Of a stretch of DNA of 63,156 nt, positions 8,100-19,226 are shown piece after piece. Origin of the DNA: a virus (lineage: Duplodnaviria > Caudoviricetes); IMG/VR virus record IMGVR_UViG_3300032236_000575, positions 1-63,156 of that record; one strand, written 5' to 3'. Positions within the stretch are counted from its first letter, which is position 1, and the number at the start of each line of letters is the position of its first letter. The notes below the pieces were generated by a model. That model was given only the letters and a program-made list of their open reading frames with translations. It was not told the DNA's origin and did no database searches. The translations under genes were made by a program, and so were the position numbers.

Positions 8100-10874
8100 C
8101 TACTGATCTACGCCGGACCATTGATTGACAGCCGGTGGTAGTGATTGCTGAAAGTTGAACAGGTTAAAGATCGTTGGGTTGTCCCAGCCGTAACCGGCTG
8201 TCAGGCCCAATCCCCAACCGCGATAGGAATATCCGACAAGCGAACCGGCGGACGATTCAGTGATTTCAGCGACGGGTTGGCTGTTGATCACCACCGTGTG
8301 AGTCCTCGCATTGGAACCCTTCAGCCCGCACAAGTAATTGATCCGCGTTCCAGAACCTGGAATGGGATTTAATCGAGCGGAGTACAGCAGTGTCTCAACG
8401 CCGCCGACGCAGTAGAAGATCTGCAGGGCATCGTTGTTCAGAACGTGTGACGTGATTCGAACTCGGCAGTAGTTCTGGCCGTCATCGGAAACCCTTGCAA
8501 GCAAGTGAACTTCACCGGCCCAACCAAGGAGAGGATCCTGGCCCTGGCTTGACAGAACGATGCTGACGTTTTGGTAGTCAGTGCCCGAATGCGCGTTGTT
8601 TCCAACCCATCTCAATAGGGATGTCTCTGCTGCGTTGTTGGCCGACAGTGTCCAGACCAGATTGTTTCCGTCTGTTGATGGGTATCCTCCGCCGCCGTGA
8701 AGGTAGGCGACTCTGGATACGACAGGAAGCTGCGCCCACGATCCGATGTATGCACCTTGATTGGGCCGGTTGAAGTCATCGAATGCTTGCGCTCCGCCAG
8801 ACTGTCCGGCGAGGATCTGCTGTATCGCTCTCGTGTTACCCAAGATCGCATCGTTCTGAGTCAAGAACGCGTGCTCCAGGTCTGCTTGTTGAAAGTTGTT
8901 GCCCAGGAACGCATTACCGAGAGTGTTGACGATGTTGTCGATCGTGGTTCCGATCGCCGGGACGATCTGTTGTGGAATCGTCGCGAAGAACCCGGCGGGG
9001 TTGGTGAACAGATCGGCAGGGCTGCCCTGCGTTCCGTTCAGCGAATAGCGAAGAGATTGCAGATCATCGTGAACCGTCTTCGTGCCATCGATCGCGTTCT
9101 GCGCGTTGGACACAACGATCCCGAGAGCATCGAACAATGCCTTGAACGCAGTACCAACAACCGGAAGACCCTCAAGGGTTGACACTAAACCGTCAACCAG
9201 ATTGCTCAAGTTCTGCTGAAAGCCAGCAAGGGCGGACTCAAGCCCATTGACCAACGATTGTGGGATCTGACCAGTCTTTGAAAGAGAAAGATCGTCCCAC
9301 CACACGCTTCCACCGTTAGCAATGGATGTCACGGTCAACCGAAGGCGGACAGACTTAACCCCAGTTGGAACCTGGAACGTTCCGCTTAGTTGTCTCCACC
9401 CGCCGTCCGAGGCGGAAGAGGGATCGCTCGCGAGGTCCGGCGTGAGAACGATGTTCGTTCCGTACTCATCGGAGTAACAGGTCAGTCCGACGTGAAATGC
9501 GCCGCTGCCGGTGATCCTTACGCCTGACCACATCAGCCATCCGTGCATCGCCAACTGCTGATTTGGTGTGACGGCGATGAGGTCTGACATCAGATCACGT
9601 TGCGCCGCTTTAGGATCCAAGCGTGCCGCTCCGCCACCATTGCCGGTGTGATCGTGAGTCTGGTCCCAGTTCCAGTATCCGCCGCCGGACAGAGAGTCCG
9701 CAGTGTCGAAGCTTCCGTTGACTAACAAGTTTGGTTGAACGTCACCGATGTGGCTTGCCGGGATCAGTCCGAGAAGGCTTGATGAAAGCTGGCCGTAGAT
9801 GTTCTGCGCCGGTATCAGCGAACCACTCGTCAACAGCCTCTCTGCCCACAACCCAAGAGTCTGAAGGTTACCGCCGCCCTGGCCCGTAAGAGCAAGCACG
9901 AAGTCACCGACGATCGGTATCCCATCGACCCAATGCTGCAGAGCAGTAATGAAATCCGAGATCGTCGGATTCGTAGGCAAGTTCAGATTGAACACCGATC
10001 CAAGATCGCTGACAAAAGACGAAAACGATGTCAGATCAATGCCAGTCAAATTGTGGATCTCATTGGCGATCGAAGAGAACAGTCCACTGACCCACGATTC
10101 GATACCGGCCATGAAGTGCGCGATAGTGAACTGAGTCGGATCGGAACCGAGATTGATACCGAATGCCCCGGCAAGATCGTCAAGGAAACCACCGAAGTGA
10201 GTTACGTCGATGCCAGTCAGGTTCTTGATCTGAAGGGCAACCATCGTGAAGATGTTCTGAACCCAGTTGTTCACTGCCGCGAAAAGCCCTGCGATGGTTG
10301 AGTTTTGAGGCGACAACGTGATGCCAAAGACGGCAGCTACCGTGCGGAGGAAGGCCGGGAAGTTGGTGAAGTCGATCTCGGTGAGAAGGAACAGTTCATG
10401 GACGATGTTGCTGAACAGTCCGCCAACCCAAGTGGTGATCCCGGTGACGAGGCTCTCGATGGTGACTGGTCCCGTTGGCGGAGTGATACCGAACGCCCCG
10501 AGGATCGACGTGATCAGATCACCGAACTTGTTCAGGTCGATGCCGGTGAGATCCTTGATGATCTTGACGACATCCTGAAAAGCCTTACCGGCCCAATCCT
10601 CTAAACCAATAAGGAAACCGTCGATCGTCTTCAAACCGTCTTCAAGAACGAAACCGAAAGCGGCAGCGATCCTTTCGAGGAACTGAATCCACTCGCGCAA
10701 GTCGATGCCAGTGAGTTCTTTAAACGCTTCGATGAAAGCGTCGATCCATGAAAACAGCAGCCGGTCAATGAGATCCGCTTTCTGCTGCGCGAGATCTCCA
10801 GGGTTAAGGTTCGTCCTCTTTTCAAGAGGGTTGTAGTCGATCTTTAGTGGATGAGGATCAAATGCTCTTGGCAT
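8100..10874 (-). CDS. Minor tail protein with carbohydrate-binding-like domain
   Basis: NLLVNGSF...VPTGVKSVRLRL...WWDD motif; helical LTGID repeats; position. Confidence 0.8.
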   Translation of the reverse strand: MPRAFDPHPLKIDYNPLEKRTNLNPGDLAQQKADLIDRLLFSWIDAFIEAFKELTGIDLREWIQFLERIAAAFGFVLEDGLKTIDGFLIGLEDWAGKAFQDVVKIIKDLTGIDLNKFGDLITSILGAFGITPPTGPVTIESLVTGITTWVGGLFSNIVHELFLLTEIDFTNFPAFLRTVAAVFGITLSPQNSTIAGLFAAVNNWVQNIFTMVALQIKNLTGIDVTHFGGFLDDLAGAFGINLGSDPTQFTIAHFMAGIESWVSGLFSSIANEIHNLTGIDLTSFSSFVSDLGSVFNLNLPTNPTISDFITALQHWVDGIPIVGDFVLALTGQGGGNLQTLGLWAERLLTSGSLIPAQNIYGQLSSSLLGLIPASHIGDVQPNLLVNGSFDTADSLSGGGYWNWDQTHDHTGNGGGAARLDPKAAQRDLMSDLIAVTPNQQLAMHGWLMWSGVRITGSGAFHVGLTCYSDEYGTNIVLTPDLASDPSSASDGGWRQLSGTFQVPTGVKSVRLRLTVTSIANGGSVWWDDLSLSKTGQIPQSLVNGLESALAGFQQNLSNLVDGLVSTLEGLPVVGTAFKALFDALGIVVSNAQNAIDGTKTVHDDLQSLRYSLNGTQGSPADLFTNPAGFFATIPQQIVPAIGTTIDNIVNTLGNAFLGNNFQQADLEHAFLTQNDAILGNTRAIQQILAGQSGGAQAFDDFNRPNQGAYIGSWAQLPVVSRVAYLHGGGGYPSTDGNNLVWTLSANNAAETSLLRWVGNNAHSGTDYQNVSIVLSSQGQDPLLGWAGEVHLLARVSDDGQNYCRVRITSHVLNNDALQIFYCVGGVETLLYSARLNPIPGSGTRINYLCGLKGSNARTHTVVINSQPVAEITESSAGSLVGYSYRGWGLGLTAGYGWDNPTIFNLFNFQQSLPPAVNQWSGVDQ

Positions 10875-10883
10875 GCGCTACCC

Positions 10884-11972
10884 CTACGAGTAAGTCGAGA
10901 CAGGCACCACCAGAACAACAAGCTGGGCGTTAGTCGGATCGAAGCTGTACTCACCGATCGCACCATCGTTGTACAGCGAGATGTAAATGTTTCCAGCCGT
11001 GCCCGTGTGATGCGCCGCCACAACAGCTTTCGCATTGTCAGGAGTGATCGCATCAGCCTTGTTGGTTGGCGTTGAGAAGTGCGGCATGATGTTCGCGTAG
11101 TTTGAAATGTTGCCGAAGCCACGAGCGACACGAGGACCGCTCACGGGATCACCGATGGTGACTTCGCAACCAATCGTCAAAGGATCAGTAGTGAGGTCAA
11201 CACCTTGTGCGCGAATGTGACCCCACACCAACGGTTTCCACGCGAACGGTTGAGGTGGAACGGAGAACATGCCGATGTTCTGACGTGTACCGATACCGAG
11301 GTATCCGTTGAAGTTCGCTTCAGGAACGGAGTAGGCGCGGATCGACAACACGTCAAACGATCGAGGAACCCACTTGTTCTGCGATGTAGACCAGCAGATC
11401 GCTTGGCCGTCTTGCGGCGCGGTGGTGTTGTTGTAGTCCGGCGCGGAGCGGATAGCAGCAGCAGTGCCACGAGGACCGCGAATGGACTCGGCATCAAACT
11501 TGATCAACACACCAGGGTTGAGGTCGGTGCCCGACTGCACAACCTCGACAGGGGAAGTCATGCTGTTGTCGGTGACGAGTTGCGTTGAGAAGTGAAGGCG
11601 CGGAACTGGGCCGGGAGGACCGACAGTGCCCATCTGCTTCTGATACCACGTTGTGCCGGACCACATGTAAACCGTGTTGCCGATCCAATAAGCCTTGCCG
11701 ATGTCGGCACTGGTGTTAGTCAGGTTCGTCGGCAGTTGATTCGGATCGGTAAAGTTCGCATCGTATTGCATGCGGACGATCGGTGACGGTTCACCGGGCA
11801 CACCCTGCGGCCCGACGAGCGCATCGAATGTGACGGTGCCGTCAGTGCCGGAAAGTTCGAAGCTTCCTTCGATCGCGGGAGGTGTCGAGCCGTCGCCAAC
11901 AACACCCCAAAAGTGCAGATTGGCGAGCATCGAACCCAGGTAAACCTCATCACCTGTATTCGGTTGTGTCAC
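10884..11972 (-). CDS. Minor tail protein (short collagen-like GPxG motifs)
   Basis: GPQGVPG, GPPGPVP, DIGKAYWIG; GTG start overlapping the upstream TGA. Confidence 0.8.
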   Translation of the reverse strand: MTQPNTGDEVYLGSMLANLHFWGVVGDGSTPPAIEGSFELSGTDGTVTFDALVGPQGVPGEPSPIVRMQYDANFTDPNQLPTNLTNTSADIGKAYWIGNTVYMWSGTTWYQKQMGTVGPPGPVPRLHFSTQLVTDNSMTSPVEVVQSGTDLNPGVLIKFDAESIRGPRGTAAAIRSAPDYNNTTAPQDGQAICWSTSQNKWVPRSFDVLSIRAYSVPEANFNGYLGIGTRQNIGMFSVPPQPFAWKPLVWGHIRAQGVDLTTDPLTIGCEVTIGDPVSGPRVARGFGNISNYANIMPHFSTPTNKADAITPDNAKAVVAAHHTGTAGNIYISLYNDGAIGEYSFDPTNAQLVVLVVPVSTYS

Positions 11973-12466
11973 TTCACATCTCCTTTGCGGCCACTCCACT
12001 CGTAGCCATCGTTAGGGTCCGGCGCGTCAGCGACATTCAACGTCGTAGACACATGCCACCCAGGATTGTCGGGAAGATCCGGCGTTTCCGGCGCACCCAA
12101 CCGCCGCAAAGCTTCTGCTCTCAAATGCGGTGGCAGGCTGTCAATTTCAGCGATCGTCATACTGTGCAAGTTCGCGAGAGGATCGTCAGGCTCATCGACA
12201 TCAACCCACTCAATCGCACCCTCTTGAACACCCTTCGCCACAATCGGACGGGGTTTGATCTGACGCTTCGATGGGTCAATGCGCCAACCACATCGCGCAA
12301 GATGGTAGGCGATCAGCGGAGAGAAGTAGATGAGGTCAACGATGCTGCCGTCTTTCGACACAGGGTAACGAAGATCCGACATCAAAGTCAGTGTGGCAGT
12401 GTCAAACTCGCGAGCCGATTCACCTTCTTCCTCGAAACGGCGGCGCATATCATCAACGATTCCCAA
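11969..12466 (-). CDS. Minor tail protein, DUF2744-like
   Basis: IAYHLARCGWR...IEWVDVDEPD; usual position after the large minor tail gene; start inferred from GAAGGA SD. Confidence 0.7.
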   Translation of the reverse strand: MGIVDDMRRRFEEEGESAREFDTATLTLMSDLRYPVSKDGSIVDLIYFSPLIAYHLARCGWRIDPSKRQIKPRPIVAKGVQEGAIEWVDVDEPDDPLANLHSMTIAEIDSLPPHLRAEALRRLGAPETPDLPDNPGWHVSTTLNVADAPDPNDGYEWSGRKGDVK

Positions 12467-12494
12467 TGTGGGGCATCCTTCAGTGGTGGTGGGG

Positions 12495-14315
12495 TTAGAA
12501 CAAACTCGATGAACCGGCGAACATGCCGAACAGATTCCAGATCCCATTGATCGCCTTCAAGGCCGACAGCACAGGATCCTTCATGCTCTGATCAGTTCCA
12601 ATCGAGATCTCGTACTTCACGGGACTGTTGACATCCCATTGGTACTTCACGCCAGCGACTTGATCGGTGTAGATGACGTTCGCCATCTCAAACCCGACAC
12701 GATCGCCAAGTGTGTAATCGTAGTTGTAGATCCACGGTGCAGCGTTACGCACCGTCGTTTTGTAGCTGGTGTACGCACGCGTTTTCCATTGCGCCGCACG
12801 AAGACTCAGCACACCGCTGATCGTGTACGCAGTCCCTCCGCCGCTGCCGCCCTGTTCAAATTGCTCAAGGTATCCGAAGTCACCGGACGAGATCATGCGG
12901 CGAGGATCGGAGAACCTTTGGTATGCGAAGAACACGTCTGAAAGCTGATCGGTGTACAGGGCATCGAGGCCGGGAGTGCCGGGTACCTGGCCGCTGCCGC
13001 TGTTGCCTTGGAAGAAGTAGAACAAGCTCGACAGTTCCGACAATCCGTACTGCACACCGAAGCGTATAGCGTCATTCAGCCAACCTGGCGAATGTCCGCC
13101 CACAACAACGGTTTTCGCGGTCGCACCGTGAACTGCTCGTTCCGATTCACCGATACCGGAAAGGTCGCCGTCGCGGAAGATGACGTGTGGCTTTTCTGGT
13201 GCTGCTGCGAACCATCGTCTGATGAGTGGGTCTGTTTGGCCGTCGCCGTTGAGATCGTACTCGGGTATCAGCGTGTCAGTAATTAGGTCATCTGCCGTGG
13301 ACGAGATCAGCGAGAGCGGCCCGTCCGCCAGCGATCCAGTCCAACCGTGAACACCCGACTTATCCTCAACCGCAAGGATAATGCAATTACGCTTCGGCAT
13401 GAACATGTCATGCGTAACTTCACCGGCATACTTACCAAGAGCACCGGGCAACAACGTGCCGATGTCGGCAAGCTCAGGATGAGGCGACTCGGTGTCCTCC
13501 CCCGCGATGAACGTATAAGCACGAACGATGCAACCGGCATCCTCAAGAATGCCCTGCGTTGTGGTGTGCATGTCAGACCACCGAGAAGCAAACACCTCTG
13601 TCCGACTTTGATCCACAAAAGGATTAATCCACTGGAACTGAATAGGCCATGCCATCGGATTAATCATCGAGGCCGAGGTGCCCAACCATGCGCCGGGATT
13701 AAAGATGTTGTCCGGTATCGCAAGAACAGGTTCGAACTGCCGCGCCAAGTTCACAATGCCGGAAACAGTGATCGCGGTGCGACAGTTCGCAGGCAGCACC
13801 CACATCTTGGGGAGCTGCAGTTCAGCACCGAAGATCGGATTCGATTGCGCGATAACATGTTTCAAATGCTCGCGGTTATGAATGCACTGCAACTCAATCG
13901 TGTGCAAACCCTCGCTCGATCGCTTCGCATTAACCGTGACAACCTTGCCGCCCCAACGTGTACGCCACGATCGTTGCGTCGGAATCGGATCGATCGTGAT
14001 GTGCAGATCCTGCTCTGCACGCCGGTCATACATGATGAAGTCAGACAGCCAATTGTCCTTGCGGATGACCACGCTTGCGGATCCGCTGTCGGCCATCAGT
14101 TCCTCGCACGAAACGGAAACCTCGTTGCCGATCGTCCCGATGTACTTGTGGTTCTCATCCCACAAACGAATCAGTGGACGCTGGTGCGCGGAGTCGAGAA
14201 GGTTCTTGCGTTTAGCGTTGAGGTATCGGTATGCCGACACTGGGCTGGCCGCAACATCCGGCGAGCTTGCCCTGACGATGTCAGTGGGGTTGAAGCCCGA
14301 CGTTGATGCGCTCAC
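12495..14315 (-). CDS. Minor tail protein (baseplate hub, mycobacteriophage gp28-like)
   Basis: PLIRLWD, RWGGKV, VVGGHSPGWLN, LGDRVGF motifs. Confidence 0.9.
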   Translation of the reverse strand: MSASTSGFNPTDIVRASSPDVAASPVSAYRYLNAKRKNLLDSAHQRPLIRLWDENHKYIGTIGNEVSVSCEELMADSGSASVVIRKDNWLSDFIMYDRRAEQDLHITIDPIPTQRSWRTRWGGKVVTVNAKRSSEGLHTIELQCIHNREHLKHVIAQSNPIFGAELQLPKMWVLPANCRTAITVSGIVNLARQFEPVLAIPDNIFNPGAWLGTSASMINPMAWPIQFQWINPFVDQSRTEVFASRWSDMHTTTQGILEDAGCIVRAYTFIAGEDTESPHPELADIGTLLPGALGKYAGEVTHDMFMPKRNCIILAVEDKSGVHGWTGSLADGPLSLISSTADDLITDTLIPEYDLNGDGQTDPLIRRWFAAAPEKPHVIFRDGDLSGIGESERAVHGATAKTVVVGGHSPGWLNDAIRFGVQYGLSELSSLFYFFQGNSGSGQVPGTPGLDALYTDQLSDVFFAYQRFSDPRRMISSGDFGYLEQFEQGGSGGGTAYTISGVLSLRAAQWKTRAYTSYKTTVRNAAPWIYNYDYTLGDRVGFEMANVIYTDQVAGVKYQWDVNSPVKYEISIGTDQSMKDPVLSALKAINGIWNLFGMFAGSSSLF

Positions 14316-15424
14316 CCGTAAGCCTTTTCGAAACGCTGGCCGACAAGCATCGCCACCGTGCCGGTCGGATCACTATGGAACACTTTGATATTCGCAAGCG
14401 AACGAGGGGGGATCGGAGTGGTGAACCGTCCATAGAACCGCTTGTTAATTGGTTGAGTCGAGTTGACCACGTCACCCAACAAAACCTGCAGCAGTTCACT
14501 GTTACGAAGGATGCGATACAGCAGAGGGTCAACGGGATCCGTTGAGCACGTTAAGGTTCGCGCCATCGGATCTGTATCGACAAGAACGGTGCCGTCCTGG
14601 TCTGTGGTCACCGGCAGAGGGATCATCGCGCCGCCGTTGCCGTCTTGTATCCATGCGCGGCCCGGTGAGGACACGAGGAACTTAGGCCACTCTGCGACAT
14701 CGCCGTGGTTCCATGCCTTCAGCACGCCGGACCCGATGTCATGGCCGGGAACCAATGTTCCGCCCTGGCCTGTCAAGATCTCCGAGAACGTATTCTCGGC
14801 AGCGGCAACAAGCTGCTCCACCGTGTACCAGTTCATCGACGTAGATGCACTGTTAACCCACTTGCTTGCCTTCGTCGCCTTCAGCCAATACGGCTGCAGC
14901 GCAACAACAACCATGTCCCACTGCATGAACCCATCATCAAACGCGACAGGATCAAGAACGAACGGAGTCTTCGGATCTTCAGACAAACGGACACGCAACC
15001 AACGCCACCCGTGGCTACGCGTGTAACAGCCAAGCCATGAGTCCTCTTTGAAGCTCCACGCACGCCACCATCGTTCCTCGATGCGACGGTAGCTCCACAG
15101 CGTGTCAGTCCCGGTGGTGTGGACGTTAACCTGCACACCGATGTTGATGGTGCGTTTCTTCACGTCTGTGCGCTCATACGTTGCGCCGATCTGATACGGC
15201 CCTTCAGACACAAGAGTGTTGAAGGGTAGGTGCATCAGACCAGTGACGTGCTGCGCGAGGGTCACACCCTCTTTTCCGGCGTAATTGCCGGTGAGGTTCC
15301 AGTAGCTGCCGTCAACCCCGATGAGGACGATCTTCGTTTCGGTGTTTTGCCATCTGCGTGGAAGACCGGCGAAAAGCGTTGTGGGAGGTTCTAATCCAGG
15401 CGGAAGACCAGTAGGCAATGTCAT
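14312..15424 (-). CDS. Minor tail protein (distal tail, Dit-like)
   Basis: Directly after tape measure; GVDGSYWNLTG...GWRWLRVRL. Confidence 0.85.
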   Translation of the reverse strand: MTLPTGLPPGLEPPTTLFAGLPRRWQNTETKIVLIGVDGSYWNLTGNYAGKEGVTLAQHVTGLMHLPFNTLVSEGPYQIGATYERTDVKKRTINIGVQVNVHTTGTDTLWSYRRIEERWWRAWSFKEDSWLGCYTRSHGWRWLRVRLSEDPKTPFVLDPVAFDDGFMQWDMVVVALQPYWLKATKASKWVNSASTSMNWYTVEQLVAAAENTFSEILTGQGGTLVPGHDIGSGVLKAWNHGDVAEWPKFLVSSPGRAWIQDGNGGAMIPLPVTTDQDGTVLVDTDPMARTLTCSTDPVDPLLYRILRNSELLQVLLGDVVNSTQPINKRFYGRFTTPIPPRSLANIKVFHSDPTGTVAMLVGQRFEKAYG

Positions 15425-18400
15425 GGACGCGCCACCGGCAATACCTGAGTCTGCGGCACAGCCCTAATCGCATTTGTCTGCGCCGTCTGAGCCTGCTGAG
15501 CCTGCTGCACAGGATCAGCACCCTGAATCACTGCACCGTTGTATTGAGGACCGATGTTGTACACAGAACCTCCGCCGGGTGGGGTTGCAAGATCAGCAGG
15601 ACCAGGAAGAGGACCAGACGGGGCACCGAAAGGACCAGGCATACCGAGACTGGCCGAACCAACAACAGCACTCGGATCCATTTGCTGCTGTTGCGCTTTC
15701 ATCCTTCCGCCTAACTGCTCAGGGATGATGCTCATCAAAGCGGAGCCGCCGCCCTTGCCCGACAGAACGTCGGCAGCACCAGCGAACAACGCTTTCGACA
15801 TCGGGTCAGGCATCATGCCCGAGATGAAGCCGAGGATCCCTGCGGCACCCTTCACGATCGGATTATCAAGAGGGTTTTCGAATCCCGGCGGGAGGAACTC
15901 TTCAGTCACTCCCTTTTGGAAGATTGATGACATCTGGCCGAGATCGGGAATTGCAAATGGGTTGCGGCCCTTGCCATTTCCAGCACCACCGACACCCCTG
16001 CCGTCCATCCCGTACTGAGACTTGTCCTGCCGGTACTGATCCTGATTCAACTTATCGTTCCAGGCATCGTTTGAGTTCTGCAAACGAATCCTATTGCCTT
16101 CCATCTGATACTGAAGATCACCGATCTGAGCCTGCTGATCATCAACAACTTGCTGCTGCGCCTTCAAGTTAGCCTGCGCGTCTTTATCATTCGGATGCTG
16201 ATTCACAATCGCTGCGAGCTTGTCACGAAGAGCCGCTTCTTGTTTCAGCTTTTCATTTAACTGATCAAGATGATGATTCATCTGATCGTATTCTCGGTTG
16301 ATGCCGCGCAACTCGTACTCGTGCTGATTGACTTCTGAAGGCTTCGGACCCCAACCCGTGTAATTGGGAGCAGCATAGGGATTGACTGCGCCCGTGTAAG
16401 GGTTGACCATCGCTGTCGGCAAGTTCGCAAGATCGGGGTTGTTTACCAGATCGGGATTGACCTTTGGCTTTTTGCCCGAACTGGTTTGTGGCATAAGGGG
16501 ATTCGGCATTGCACCAGCCGGGGTAACGGGCGGGGCAGGATTCGGATCGCCGTTCTCGTCATAAGTCGCGCCAGGGTTGCTTGGCAGAACAGGACCGGGC
16601 TGCAAGTCGGCAGGAGTCAACGGCCTGCTGTAATCAGACAGGGCGACTCCACCTGCAGACGTGTTAAGCACTCCCCCGCTGCCGGGATTAAGGCCACCAC
16701 TGCCAAACAATCCGCCACCAAGCTTGCCGTCGGGAGACACCGTGAAAGCGTTTGCTCCGCTTCCGATCATCATGTTTCCCTGGCCGTCGAAACTTATCGG
16801 CACACCCTGTAATGCAAGATGAACGTGACCGCCATTGGAAGGATCCGGCCCGTGCTGCGCCATAAGATCGGAGCCGAAGATATCGAATCCATTACCCATT
16901 TGGCCGTTTTTGATATTCCTTGCGGTGCTGCCAAGGGAATCATTGTGAATAAGTTCAAGGGTCGATGCAACGTTAGCGGGATTGCTTGTCCACCATTGCA
17001 CGAACTTTGCCATGTCGGCAGTAGGGCCGGATATGTCCACTGCGCGGTTCATGCTATGCCAAGCTTTATCAAGAGGATGGCCGACATCACCGGGTTCAAC
17101 ACCTTTACCCGTTGCGCCTTCGCGGTCGGCAGTGATGGAAAGCTTTGTCGCAGTGCTGGAATCAAACACGTTGACCATGTTTTTCATCCAGTCAACGATG
17201 TTGTAGTTCGATCCAGTACCAGGAACAACCGGAGCATTAATGTCAGTCCTACCGGGACCAAGCTCAACGCCCGAACCGGAAGCATACGAACCGGCACCAA
17301 GTCCCATGTTTCCAAAAGCAAACGATCCCGCACCCAAACCAATGGAGGCGGTCAGGTTGTCGAGGGCGGACTTATCGACATCAAGCTTCGCCGGAATGAC
17401 AAGACCATTGCCGTCGCCAATCTGTTTCGGCAAGCTCTCGATTTGATTCTTCGCCGGATCAGTATCTGCGCTAGTTTTGACTTTGTCTTCTTCAGCAGTT
17501 CTCTTGAAGTGTTCGAAAGCTGCTTCGGCACTTTGGAATACGCTTTTGCCGTCATCCCAAGGCGATGCTCCGGTTTTACTTGCATCGGGTGCGATTTGGA
17601 CCTGGCCGTTGCCGAGATCCTTGACAGTGAACCCTCTGTCCTGAAGTTGGCCTTTCTGCGTGTCATCGATGTTTGATGCCTCGATTGACATGCCGTCAGA
17701 AGCCACATGAGCTTTCGACCAGTTCTCTTCGAAGATGCCGGACAACTCGGCAAGGTACTTCATGTTGTCGAAGCCGCCGTCGAGCTTGCCCTTCAGCTTG
17801 TCTACGTTGTCTGCGCCTCTACCGATGCTGTCGCTGAAGTTACTGAAGCTGTTACCGGCATCAGTAAGTCCCTTCAACACGCTGTCGGGAAGGAAGTCAA
17901 AAATGCCTTCGCCCTTGCCGATGTCCTTGAGGATCTCACCGACTTTCCCTGCAGCAGACTGCAAAGCATGCATGACACCCTCAACCATGCCAAACGCTTT
18001 GTCTGCCACTGTCTCAAAGAAACCAACGATCTCTGGCTGATGAGCATGCAACCACGTTGCAAAGTCGGCCAACTTGTCATTGAGAGACTTGACCGCTCCA
18101 CCGGCCTGCCCAAAGAACGGCTCCATCACCGCTTGCGCGATCGAGCCGACGTTCTGACCAATCAGATGAAGTTGACCACCAAGGGTGTCGCCCATGCGCT
18201 CCGCCGCGCCCTGAGCGTGGTTCTGCATCGTTTCGAAATACATTTGAAACGTCACGTCGCCCTTGGATATCAACTCATCCACATCGGACTGACTGATACC
18301 CAGGTCTTCACGCAACCACTGGGAGAACGGAACATTGTTCTCCGCCAACTGAATCAGATCGCGAACAGTCGCCTTGTCACGAGTCGCGGCCTTCGTCATC

Positions 18401-19218
18401 ATGTTGCTGATCTGATCGAAGCCAGCACCACTCAAAGCGGCAACATCCTCGACAGTCTTGGTGTACTTCTGCATCGAAACACCAAGCTGCTCAGGGATTC
18501 CCGCAGCAGCAGCAGCGGCAGCAGGAGCAAGGATCTCAGTGAACGAATACGCAGTACCAGCCGTCGCATCCTGAATGCCCCTAAAGACATCCTTGATCCG
18601 ATCACCAGTCATGCCCAAAGACTCAAGCTTGACTTGCGTGTCCTCGATGACTGACAAGTTCTCAAAACCGGCTCTGATGAACTCACCGACGCTCGTTGCG
18701 ACACCGACGATACCGGCGAACTGAATGAACTGGTTCTTGAAGAACTCGCTGAACTTCGAACCGGCTTCCTTGCCGCCCTCTGCGAACGTCGTCGCCATCT
18801 CTTTAGCTTGCATGCGAGCCTGAAGTTGGTTGCGCTGCATAGCAGTTTGAAGATGCGTTTCAAGAGCCTTGCCCATGTCGGCGGCTTTAGCAGTGAAGTC
18901 CGCACGCATCTCAGACGTGAACTGACCCCACGCTCTGCTAGACCCGGCAGCGTGGCCGATGCGATCCTCGAAAGACTTCCACGAGGACTGCATCTTCTCC
19001 AGTTCAGCTTCGAACTGCGAGTACAAGCCGAGGCCACCGCTTCCGGTGCGCTTCAAGCCTTGCGACATTGCATCGCCAAGCTTCTGTCCGGCACGCTCGC
19101 CGGACTGCTGAGCCTTCGCTTCAAGTTCCTGAAGGTCTTTCGCGACAGCAGACATCGCGCCGCCGTACTTGACGGTCAGTTCGATGTAGCCAGTTGCGAG
19201 CTTTGTACCTTCAGCCAT
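15421..19218 (-). CDS. Tape measure protein
   Basis: 1265 aa, helical and Ala/Gly-rich; LATGYIEL N-terminus; tape-measure N domain (GTAYSFTE); possible C-terminal peptidase motif (HVHLA). Confidence 0.9.
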   Translation of the reverse strand: MAEGTKLATGYIELTVKYGGAMSAVAKDLQELEAKAQQSGERAGQKLGDAMSQGLKRTGSGGLGLYSQFEAELEKMQSSWKSFEDRIGHAAGSSRAWGQFTSEMRADFTAKAADMGKALETHLQTAMQRNQLQARMQAKEMATTFAEGGKEAGSKFSEFFKNQFIQFAGIVGVATSVGEFIRAGFENLSVIEDTQVKLESLGMTGDRIKDVFRGIQDATAGTAYSFTEILAPAAAAAAAGIPEQLGVSMQKYTKTVEDVAALSGAGFDQISNMMTKAATRDKATVRDLIQLAENNVPFSQWLREDLGISQSDVDELISKGDVTFQMYFETMQNHAQGAAERMGDTLGGQLHLIGQNVGSIAQAVMEPFFGQAGGAVKSLNDKLADFATWLHAHQPEIVGFFETVADKAFGMVEGVMHALQSAAGKVGEILKDIGKGEGIFDFLPDSVLKGLTDAGNSFSNFSDSIGRGADNVDKLKGKLDGGFDNMKYLAELSGIFEENWSKAHVASDGMSIEASNIDDTQKGQLQDRGFTVKDLGNGQVQIAPDASKTGASPWDDGKSVFQSAEAAFEHFKRTAEEDKVKTSADTDPAKNQIESLPKQIGDGNGLVIPAKLDVDKSALDNLTASIGLGAGSFAFGNMGLGAGSYASGSGVELGPGRTDINAPVVPGTGSNYNIVDWMKNMVNVFDSSTATKLSITADREGATGKGVEPGDVGHPLDKAWHSMNRAVDISGPTADMAKFVQWWTSNPANVASTLELIHNDSLGSTARNIKNGQMGNGFDIFGSDLMAQHGPDPSNGGHVHLALQGVPISFDGQGNMMIGSGANAFTVSPDGKLGGGLFGSGGLNPGSGGVLNTSAGGVALSDYSRPLTPADLQPGPVLPSNPGATYDENGDPNPAPPVTPAGAMPNPLMPQTSSGKKPKVNPDLVNNPDLANLPTAMVNPYTGAVNPYAAPNYTGWGPKPSEVNQHEYELRGINREYDQMNHHLDQLNEKLKQEAALRDKLAAIVNQHPNDKDAQANLKAQQQVVDDQQAQIGDLQYQMEGNRIRLQNSNDAWNDKLNQDQYRQDKSQYGMDGRGVGGAGNGKGRNPFAIPDLGQMSSIFQKGVTEEFLPPGFENPLDNPIVKGAAGILGFISGMMPDPMSKALFAGAADVLSGKGGGSALMSIIPEQLGGRMKAQQQQMDPSAVVGSASLGMPGPFGAPSGPLPGPADLATPPGGGSVYNIGPQYNGAVIQGADPVQQAQQAQTAQTNAIRAVPQTQVLPVARP

Positions 19219-19226
19219 CTAGGTTG

